Below are positions 27,984 through 34,773 of a stretch of DNA of 64,000 bases, in pieces. Origin of the DNA: Thermodesulfobacteriota bacterium (GTDB lineage: Bacteria; Desulfobacterota; Desulfobulbia; Desulfobulbales; JBFMBH01); NCBI GenBank assembly GCA_040755095.1, contig JBFMBH010000006.1, positions 1,290 to 65,289 on the forward strand, written 5' to 3'. Numbering within the stretch: the stretch's first letter is position 1; every line of letters starts with the position of its first letter. Under the pieces are notes generated by a model. It saw only the letters and a program-made list of their open reading frames with translations. It ran no database searches and was not told where the DNA came from. The position numbers and the translations under genes are program-made.

Positions 27984-28012
27984 TTCTTAATGCATGCAAT
28001 CAGGGTTGTCAA
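27984..28012 (-). promoter_or_regulatory. Sigma70-like promoter of the nuo operon
   Basis: Minus strand TTGACA (28012..28007), 17-nt spacer, TAAGAA (27989..27984), about 50 nt upstream of the nuoA start. Confidence 0.5.
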
Positions 28013-28195
28013 GGAAATACTGAATGATGATTCAGAAAGGCTCATCCCCGCCAGGCCGCGGCCGGTGCCGGCTGGCGGGCAGCGGCCCGGCCATGGAGCG
28101 TCCTGGCCGGGCTCTCCATGGGCTGACTGCTGAAAACAATTCATCCTCGATGCCCGTTGTGGCCCGAGGCCAGGCGCCCCCTTTTGCCTCCACCA

Positions 28196-28204
28196 TGGTA
28201 GAAT
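28196..28204 (+). promoter_or_regulatory. Extended -10 promoter (TGnTAGAAT) for the S8 protease gene
   Basis: TG (28196-97), G, TAGAAT (28199..28204). ATG 28212 sits 7 nt after the hexamer, consistent with a leaderless or near-leaderless mRNA. There is no SD before either ATG. Confidence 0.4.
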
Positions 28205-28211
28205 GCCGTCC

Positions 28212-29549
28212 ATGCGCCGCCTCTTCGAAGTCATGATCCTTTCCGTGGCCCTCCTGGGCCTGGTCCTCTTCTTCCTGACCCCGCCGCCAGGCCGGCAGGA
28301 TGGCAGCGCCCTTCGGGGTGACCGGTCACGTCCCGCAGGGGGCGGAGCTGGCTCTGCAGCTGGGACGGGCGAGGAGCGGCCGGAGAAAGGCTTGGGCCCT
28401 GGAGAGGACGCTCCGCCCACCGCCCACCGTATCCAGCAGCGGGCCGGCATCGGCCGGGAGGAAAGGGCGCCGGGCCGGATCCCCGGAGAGTGGATCGTCC
28501 GTTTCGCCAGCCAGGCCGACCTGGAGGCCTTCCTGGCCCGGGCGGCTGCTTTGGGACTGGTGGCGGTGGATCGGCTGGACGGTCTTCTGGCGGTGCGGGT
28601 GCGGGGCAGCCGCGCCCAGCTGGAGGCGGCCCTGGCCGGCAGCACCGGGCCCTTTGAGCTGGCCGGCAACTTCCGGATCTCGGCCCCGGATCGGCCGCCG
28701 CCCCCTCCGGACGTAGACGTGGATTCCCTGCAGCCCTTCGGGGACACGGCGCCGGAATGGCTGGGAGCCGACCCCGCCTGCCCCGGGCAAGGTAGTGGCG
28801 TCACGGTGGCGGTGCTGGACACCGGCATCCGGCCTCATCCCACCCTGGCGTCGGCGCGGATCAGATCCCTGGATCTGCTGGGCGACCAGGCGGCGGCAGC
28901 GGGCGACTACGCCGGCCACGGCTCAGCCATCGCCAGCCTGATCGCCGGCAGCCATCCCCTGGCCCCGGGCATGGCCCCCCAGGCCGAGATCCTGGACATC
29001 CGGGTTCTGGATGCCAACGGCGTCGGCGATGTTTTCACCTTGGCCAAGGGGATCACGGCGGCCGCTGACGCCGGCGCCCAGATCATCAACCTCAGCCTGG
29101 GCGGCTACGGCTACCCCCCCGTCCTCCAGGAGGCCATCCGCTATGCCAGCGCCCAGGGCGCTCTGGTCGTGGCGGCGGCGGGCAACGACGGTGGCAGCGC
29201 TGTCCTCTATCCTGCCCGCTCCCCGGAGGTGGTGGCGGTGGGCGCCGTCGATGCGAAGGGTGCCCACGTCCCCTATTCCAATCAGGGCCAGGACCTGGAC
29301 CTGGTCGCCCCGGGCTTTGGCGTCAACGCCGCCTGGGTCGAGGACCAGCTGGTGCTCTTCAGCGGCACGTCGGCAGCCACCGCCCTGGTCTCCGGCCTGG
29401 CGGCCGTGCTGTTGTCCCGAGGCCAGACGGATCTCACCCCGGAGGGCCTGGCGGACCTCCTGGTGGAAATCAGCCGCGATGCCGGCGAGCCGGGCAGGGA
29501 CGACCGGTTCGGCGCCGGCATCCCGGCCCTTCCCCCCTGCCCCTGGTAA
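28212..29549 (+). CDS. Subtilisin-like serine protease (peptidase S8) with N-terminal membrane anchor/signal and an inhibitor-I9-like propeptide
   Basis: Catalytic triad contexts 'VTVAVLDTGI' (D), 'HGSAIASLIAG' (H) and 'GTSAATALVSG' (S). N-terminus MRRLFEVMILSVALLGLVLFFL. The track start ATG 28203 lies inside the putative -10 hexamer. Confidence 0.85.
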   Translation: MRRLFEVMILSVALLGLVLFFLTPPPGRQDGSALRGDRSRPAGGGAGSAAGTGEERPEKGLGPGEDAPPTAHRIQQRAGIGREERAPGRIPGEWIVRFASQADLEAFLARAAALGLVAVDRLDGLLAVRVRGSRAQLEAALAGSTGPFELAGNFRISAPDRPPPPPDVDVDSLQPFGDTAPEWLGADPACPGQGSGVTVAVLDTGIRPHPTLASARIRSLDLLGDQAAAAGDYAGHGSAIASLIAGSHPLAPGMAPQAEILDIRVLDANGVGDVFTLAKGITAAADAGAQIINLSLGGYGYPPVLQEAIRYASAQGALVVAAAGNDGGSAVLYPARSPEVVAVGAVDAKGAHVPYSNQGQDLDLVAPGFGVNAAWVEDQLVLFSGTSAATALVSGLAAVLLSRGQTDLTPEGLADLLVEISRDAGEPGRDDRFGAGIPALPPCPW

Positions 29550-29580
29550 GACCGGCATCCCTTCCTGAGGAGGCCCCTTA

Positions 29581-30927
29581 GTGTACGACGTCATCATCGT
29601 CGGCGCCGGCCCGGCCGGCATCTTCACCGCCCTGACCCTGGCCGAGCTTGGCGGCGGCCGGATCCTCCTTCTGGAGCAAGGCCCGGATATCCATGAGCGC
29701 CAGCGGGGAGCGGACTGCGGCATCCTGTGCGGCTGGGGGGGCGCCGGCGCCTATTCCGACGGCAAGCTCACCCTGTCGCCGGCCCTGGGCGGCTCCCTGG
29801 CCGATCTGGTGCCGCCGGACGCCCTGACCGCGCTGTTGGCCCAGGCCGACCGGCTCTATGTGGAGCACGGTGCTCCGGACCGGCTGTTCGGGGATCTCTC
29901 GCCAGCCATCGAGGAACTGGGCGACCGGGCGCGGCTGGCTGGGCTGGAGCTCATCCCCTCCCGGATTCGCCACATCGGCACCGAAAACTGCCTGACGGTG
30001 CTGGGCCGGATGCGGCAGTCGGTGGGCGAATGGGTGGAGGTGCGCACCGGCTGTCCGGTGGCCAGACTGGTCGCCGAGGCCGGCTGCATCCAGGGCGTGG
30101 AGCTGGCCGATGGCGAGGTGCTGGGCAGCCGCTATGTGGTGGCGGCGCCGGGCCGGGCCGGTGCCGCCTGGATGAAGGCCCAGGCCCAGACCTTGGGCAT
30201 CCCCACGGCGGCCGGGCCGGTGGATATCGGCGTGCGGGTGGAGCTGCCGGCCGTGGTCCTGAAGGCCCTTACCGACCTCAGCCACGAGGTGAAGCTCGTC
30301 TATCACTCCAAGCGCTTCGATGACCGGGTGCGGACCTTTTGCATGAACCCGTACGGCGAGGTGGTGCAGGAGGCCAGTGCCGGGCTCGTCACCGTCAACG
30401 GCCACGCCTTTGCCGATCGCCGCAGCCCCAACACCAACTTCGCGATCCTGGTCTCCAGCGCCTTCACCGAGCCCTTCCGGGAGCCCATCGTCTACGGCCA
30501 GGACATCGCCCACCTGGCCAACCTCCTGGGCAACGGGGTCATTGTCCAGCGCCTGGCCGATCTGCTGGCCGGCCGCCGCTCCACCCGGGCGCGGCTTTCC
30601 CGGTCGCTCACCCGCCCCACCCTGGCCTCCGCTACCCCCGGCGACCTCTCCTTCGTCTTCCCCTACCGCCACCTGGCCAACATCATGGAGATGCTGGAGG
30701 CCATGGACCAGCTGGCCCCCGGCGTCTACTCCCGCCACACCCTCCTCTACGGCGTCGAGGTCAAGTTCTACTCCAACCGCCTGAGCTTGAGCCCGGAACT
30801 GGAAACGCCGGTGGCCAATCTCTTCGCGGTGGGCGACGGCGCCGGCCTCACCCGGGGCCTCATCCAGGCCTCCGCCTCCGGCATCCTGGCCGGCCGCGCC
30901 ATCGCCAGGCGCCTGGCGGAAGGCTGA
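29581..30927 (+). CDS. FAD-dependent oxidoreductase (COG2509-like)
   Basis: 'YDVIIVGAGPAGIFTAL' (Rossmann GxGxxG) and C-terminal 'LFAVGDGAGLTRGLIQASASGILAG'. The GTG start is preceded by GAGGAGG with a 7-nt spacer. Confidence 0.8.
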   Translation: MYDVIIVGAGPAGIFTALTLAELGGGRILLLEQGPDIHERQRGADCGILCGWGGAGAYSDGKLTLSPALGGSLADLVPPDALTALLAQADRLYVEHGAPDRLFGDLSPAIEELGDRARLAGLELIPSRIRHIGTENCLTVLGRMRQSVGEWVEVRTGCPVARLVAEAGCIQGVELADGEVLGSRYVVAAPGRAGAAWMKAQAQTLGIPTAAGPVDIGVRVELPAVVLKALTDLSHEVKLVYHSKRFDDRVRTFCMNPYGEVVQEASAGLVTVNGHAFADRRSPNTNFAILVSSAFTEPFREPIVYGQDIAHLANLLGNGVIVQRLADLLAGRRSTRARLSRSLTRPTLASATPGDLSFVFPYRHLANIMEMLEAMDQLAPGVYSRHTLLYGVEVKFYSNRLSLSPELETPVANLFAVGDGAGLTRGLIQASASGILAGRAIARRLAEG

Positions 30928-31081
30928 CCACCGCCGCCAACGGCCTTGCTCCTAACCACGGCCTGCTGCGGCATTCTTTATGGTTGACACCCTTCCCAGG
31001 CGCCGAATAGTCTTCCCACGTGGAGCAGCCACTCGTGTCAAGGCTCCGAACCGTCCCTCAATGAGGGTGCGCAGACCCGCC

Positions 31082-31375
31082 ATGCTCCCCCCACCCCCAG
31101 ACCTCCTCGCCGCCTACTGCCAGCGGCACCACATCCGCCGACTGTCCCTGCTCGGCTCCCGTAGCAAAGGCTCGGCTCGGACCGACAGCGACCTGGATCT
31201 CCTGGTGGAGTTCGAGGTTGACCAGGAGCCTGGGCTGATCGGCCTGGCGGGGATGGGGCTGGAACTGGCCGACCTGCTGGGTGGGCCCCGGGTCGATCTA
31301 CCTACCCCTGAGGACCTTAGCCGGTATTTCCGGGCAGACGTCCTGAAACAGGCGGAAGTGTGGTATGAGGCCTGA
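31082..31375 (+). CDS. Nucleotidyltransferase-domain protein (MNT-type antitoxin of HEPN/MNT modules)
   Basis: 'LSLLGSRSKGSARTDSDLDLLVEF' (GSxxxG..DxD minimal NTase motif). ATG 31061 is an alternative start. A possible promoter lies upstream: TTGACA (30984..30989), N18, TAGTCT (31008..31013). Confidence 0.75.
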   Translation: MLPPPPDLLAAYCQRHHIRRLSLLGSRSKGSARTDSDLDLLVEFEVDQEPGLIGLAGMGLELADLLGGPRVDLPTPEDLSRYFRADVLKQAEVWYEA

Positions 31376-31562
31376 GGACCGCGCCCGACTCCAGCACATG
31401 GTCGAAGCCATGGAGGACGCCGTTCGCTTTGTTCAGGGACGGCGGACGATCACCGAAGAGATTCCCTGCCTGCTCCCCGCGCTGCGTGCCGCACTGGCCC
31501 TGGACCAACCAGCCGGGGAAACGGATCCTCCTGGCAATCCTGGGGAGAGGCTCTTGGGGTGA
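31365..31562 (+). pseudogene. HEPN (DUF86) toxin remnant with an apparent internal deletion
   Basis: The start overlaps the MNT stop by 11 nt, the typical module geometry. The N-terminus 'MRPEDRARLQHMVEAMEDAVRFVQGR' is DUF86-like. It joins directly to a C-terminal-like 'EEIPCLLPALRAAL'. No Rx4-6H motif is present, and it has 65 codons versus the roughly 110-130 expected. Confidence 0.55.
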
Positions 31563-31635
31563 GGGCAGCGCGCCGCCCAGCGGTACCAGGAGAAGGAGGC
31601 AAGCCAGGGGGACGCCGTGGCGGGTTGCGAAGCCG

Positions 31636-31911
31636 TCATGTCTGACGATGATAGATCTCCCGGCGATGGCCGACGGCCAGGGCCAGAACCACGAGCCGCT
31701 CTTCCTGAATTTCGCAGATGATCCGGAAATCTCCTACCCGGTAGCGCCACAAGCCGGCCAAATCTCCACGCAACGGCTCACCGAAGTGCCTGGGGTTCTT
31801 GCACCCTTCAATGCGATCATCCAGCCAGTCCAGAAGGCGCTGTTGGACCGGATGGTCGAGCTTGCGCAGTTGTTTTTCAGCAAAACTGCTGATCTCAACC
31901 GTCCAGGCCAA
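31636..31911 (-). CDS. RelE/ParE-family type II toxin
   Basis: 'MAWTVEISSFAEKQLRKLD..PLRGDLAGLWRYRVGDFRIICEIQEERLVVLALAVGHRREIY' (RelE/StbE pattern). Confidence 0.85.
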   Translation of the reverse strand: MAWTVEISSFAEKQLRKLDHPVQQRLLDWLDDRIEGCKNPRHFGEPLRGDLAGLWRYRVGDFRIICEIQEERLVVLALAVGHRREIYHRQT

Positions 31912-32107
31912 GCTCTTTCCTCAAATCCCGCAAGCTTCTGCTGCCGCTGCTTTCGGCGATTGCCCGCCTGGCCAGCTCAAGGTCCTCGTTGTCCTCAAGA
32001 TAACGGACAATCGCTTCACGAACCACGGCACTGCGGTTGCGGCCCTTGGCTCTGGCCAACAGGTCGAGCTCTTGTTCAAGCTCCTTTTCCAATCGGATTG
32101 CCAACAT
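31895..32107 (-). CDS. Ribbon-helix-helix antitoxin (RelB/CopG-like)
   Basis: 'MLAIRLEKELEQELDLLARAKGRNRSAVVREAIVRYL'. ATG 32107 is preceded by AGGAGG with a 7-nt spacer. It overlaps the toxin start by 17 nt. Confidence 0.8.
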   Translation of the reverse strand: MLAIRLEKELEQELDLLARAKGRNRSAVVREAIVRYLEDNEDLELARRAIAESSGSRSLRDLRKELGLDG

Positions 32108-32556
32108 GGAAGATCCTCCTGGCAAATATGTATTACAGGGTATAACCCGGAGGCTGAGTTTGTCAATCGGACGAGGGGCCTGCCTCCCAATGCCGTTGAC
32201 TGAAGGTGAGGCCTCTTGGGCGCCCTTTCTCCCCCATTTAGCAGGGGAAGACGGGCGAGCGCGCCACTTGCCCCGCTCGATTGCCCAACCCTGCCAGAAC
32301 CACCGGCGGGTGTCGAGGTGGTGCGGCCGGCCCGGGCATTGCTGCGGAACGGCTCCCTGATCCGTCCCTCGCGCCGGAGCACGTCGGCCGTATGGGGAGA
32401 TGCCGGACAGGCCCGTGCCCGGCAGGGCGTTGGAGCTGTGGCAGGTGACGCCGCGGCTCGGCCGAACGGACGAGCGGAAAGCCGAGGGGAAGAAGCCCCC
32501 CCCGATGCGGGGCCGGCCGGGGGGAGGCGGGAAGAACGGGCAGGGAGAAGCCGGCC

Positions 32557-34017
32557 TCAGGCCGGCGGACAGAAGGACGCGGCCTGGGCCCGCAGCTGGG
32601 CCAGGAGCCGTTGGTGGATGTTGTCGAAGCCGCCGTTGGAGAGAATGGCCACCAGGTCACCTGGCCGGAGCGTGGTGCCCAGATCGGCGAGGATGGCGCC
32701 GGTATCGGCGAAGCTCGCCGCCTGCTGGCCGGCGGCGGCCAGATCGGCGGCCAGGCGGGCCGAGGAGAAGCGCTCGCTGGCCGGCAGGCCGTCCATCGGC
32801 AGCGGCTCCCGGAGGAGAACCCGGTCGGCATCGCCGAAGGCAGCGGCATACTCGGCCTGGAAGATGTTGCGGCGGCTGGTGTTGGTGCGGGGCTCGAAGA
32901 CCACCACCAGGCGCCGGCCCGGGTAAGCCTGGCGCAGGCCGGCCAGGGTGACCCGCACCGCGGTGGGATGATGAGCGAAATCGTCGATCACCGTCACCCC
33001 GGCCTCGGTGCCCCGCACCTCCTGGCGCCGCCGCACCCCGGCAAAGCTGGCCAGGCCGGCGGCAATGGCCTCAGGCGCCAGGCCGAGCCGGTGCAGGACC
33101 GCGATCACCGCCAGGGCGTTGGCGGCGTTGTGGCGACCGGGCATGGGCAGGACAAAGGTGCCGTACGCCTGTCCCCGGTGCTCCACCGCAAAGCGGCTGC
33201 CGGTGCCCTGGGGCTCCACCGCGGCCAGTCGCCAATCGTTGGCCGGCCCTTCTCCGTAGAGCTCCACCGGACAGAGAGCGCCAGCCGCCACGGCCCGCAC
33301 CTTGGGGTCATCCCCCCAGGCCACCAGGCCACCGTCCGCCGGCAGGATGCCCACCAGCCGCCGGAAGGCGGCCTCCACCGCCGCCAGGTCGGCGTAGATG
33401 TCGGCGTGATCGAATTCGATGCTGGTGAGGATGGCAATCCCGGGCCGGTAATGGAGGAACTTCGGCCCCTTGTCGAAGAAGGCGGTGTCGTACTCGTCCC
33501 CTTCCACCACAAAATACTGGCCGCCCCCCAGGGCGTGGTTGGCGCCGAAGCCTTGCACCAGGCCACCGATGAGAAAGCCGGGCGTAAGCCCAGCATGGTG
33601 CAGAACCGAGGCCAGAAGCGACGAGGTCGTGGTCTTGCCGTGGGTGCCGGCCACCACCAGGGATCTGGCACCCGCCAGGAAAAAATGGCCCAGGGCCTGG
33701 GGCATGGACAGATAAGGAACAGCCAGTGCGGCCAGGGCCTGCGCCTCCGGGTTGGTGGCGCGGATGACATTGCCCACCACCACCAGGTCGGGCCGGGGAT
33801 CGAGGTTGGCGGCCCGGTAGCCCTCGGCCACCGGAATGCCCTTTTCCGCCAGAAAGAGGCTCATGGGCGGGTAGGTGGCGGTATCGGAGCCGGTGACCAC
33901 AAAGCCGGCCTCTTGAAGAAGACCGGCCAGGGCGGCCATGCCGGTGCCGCAGATGCCCATCACATGGATGTGCCGGATGCCGTCCGGCACCCGGTTCAGC
34001 TCCGGGGCAAGGGTCAC
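32557..34017 (-). CDS. mpl: UDP-N-acetylmuramate:L-alanyl-gamma-D-glutamyl-meso-diaminopimelate ligase (murein peptide ligase)
   Basis: Colinear by eye with E. coli Mpl: 'IHVMGICGTGMAALAGLL', 'VAGTHGKTTTSS', 'VVEGDEYDTAFFDK', 'EFDHADIY', 'DDFAHHPTA', 'SNGGFDNIHQRLL'. GTG 34017 overlaps the stop of the upstream small gene (GTGA). The track ORF start at 34569 is an over-extension. Confidence 0.9.
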   Translation of the reverse strand: MTLAPELNRVPDGIRHIHVMGICGTGMAALAGLLQEAGFVVTGSDTATYPPMSLFLAEKGIPVAEGYRAANLDPRPDLVVVGNVIRATNPEAQALAALAVPYLSMPQALGHFFLAGARSLVVAGTHGKTTTSSLLASVLHHAGLTPGFLIGGLVQGFGANHALGGGQYFVVEGDEYDTAFFDKGPKFLHYRPGIAILTSIEFDHADIYADLAAVEAAFRRLVGILPADGGLVAWGDDPKVRAVAAGALCPVELYGEGPANDWRLAAVEPQGTGSRFAVEHRGQAYGTFVLPMPGRHNAANALAVIAVLHRLGLAPEAIAAGLASFAGVRRRQEVRGTEAGVTVIDDFAHHPTAVRVTLAGLRQAYPGRRLVVVFEPRTNTSRRNIFQAEYAAAFGDADRVLLREPLPMDGLPASERFSSARLAADLAAAGQQAASFADTGAILADLGTTLRPGDLVAILSNGGFDNIHQRLLAQLRAQAASFCPPA

Positions 34018-34217
34018 GGCTGGCGGGAAGCGCGGACGGCGGAGGCCACCGTCTCGTAGACGCTGCGGAAGGTCTCGTCGAAGTTGGGGGGGGACAGGCG
34101 GCCCACCTCGATGAACTTGACAACGATCTCCTTGGCCACCTTGAGGATGGCCTCCTCGGAGACCGGCTTGGCTGCCGGCTCCTGGCCGGGGACCACGATC
34201 TTGGCAGGCTGGGTCAT
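34014..34217 (-). CDS. Small conserved-looking hypothetical protein (67 aa)
   Basis: 'MTQPAKIVVPGQEPAAKPVSEEAILKVAKEIVVKFIEVGRLSPPNFDETFRSVYETVASAV'. GC3 is very high (almost every codon ends in G/C). The stop is coupled to the mpl start. The start may instead be GTG 34220. Confidence 0.65.
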   Translation of the reverse strand: MTQPAKIVVPGQEPAAKPVSEEAILKVAKEIVVKFIEVGRLSPPNFDETFRSVYETVASAVRASRQP

Positions 34218-34358
34218 CACGAGCACAGCTCCGGGGCCAAAGCCCGCAGGGGTGACCAGAGGGAAGCCTCTGCTGGGGGAAGAAGGCCGTGGCTGGACTA
34301 CCAGCAGAGGCTTCTGCCGACAGAAAAAACCGGTGACGGCCCTCCCTGAGGCAGGGCC

Positions 34359-34387
34359 AATATACCCGGTTGCCAGGGCCGGCACAA
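34359..34387 (-). promoter_or_regulatory. Candidate promoter for the small-gene/mpl unit
   Basis: Minus strand TTGTGC (34387..34382), 17-nt spacer, TATATT (34364..34359). Confidence 0.35.
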
Positions 34388-34773
34388 GCCGAGGAGCGGC
34401 CCGGCGTTGGGCCCGTCAGGGGGGCGGGCAATTCCGCCGCACCGCCTGGTCGTACAGCCATGGCAGCTTGAGCAGGGCGAAGGAAGCTGAGGTTGGGATG
34501 GCGGATGCGCTCCACCAGAATGAACACCGCAATCTCGGCCGGCAGCGGTTCCCCAGGCCGGCCCGCCATGGCCTGGCGTTGGCGAGCAGCCAGGTGGGCG
34601 GGATGGCTCCTCTACCCCCGTGGTGCCAGGGCGCATCGCTGTTATGCCACAGACGGTCCGGACTGCCGGGACCAGGCGCCGGCGAACCTGCCTTGTGGAT
34701 TCCCCGGTCCTGGACTACCATGACACCAGGGAGCTGCGCCCCCGCTGTCCCTGATCCCAGGAGCCCTTGGCCC

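Noticed and set aside
28016-28038. Possible Fur box at the CTGAATGATGATTCAG palindrome.
   Set aside because: A hand alignment to the 19-bp Fur consensus GATAATGATAATCATTATC gives only about 8/19 matches. I kept it as a generic palindrome, not a Fur site.
32126-32556. Known structured RNAs (RNase P RNA, tmRNA, SRP RNA, 6S RNA, cobalamin riboswitch) in the ORF-free segment.
   Set aside because: I looked on both strands for hallmark strings: GAGGAAAGTCCGGGC/ACAGAACCCGGCTTA for RNase P, a tRNA-like GGTTCGAATCC..CCA end for tmRNA, the GGAAGCAGCCAAGG SRP motif, and the GCCACTG B12 box. I found none. This cannot be excluded without a covariance-model scan.
34018-34569. 5' extension of the mpl ORF (track 670 aa).
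   Set aside because: Homology to Mpl starts at 'IRHIHVMGICGTG'. GTG 34017 is stop/start coupled to the well-supported 67-aa gene, which occupies a different frame of the same region. The first ~30 codons from 34569 show some GC3 bias and might be a gene relic, but nothing recognisable.
34084-34773. 5' extension of the hybrid kinase ORF (the track start at 34084 gives 1058 aa).
   Set aside because: The extension crosses the divergent small gene and its promoter region and translates to low-complexity sequence. The receiver domain begins right at ATG 34774, which has an AGGAG upstream.
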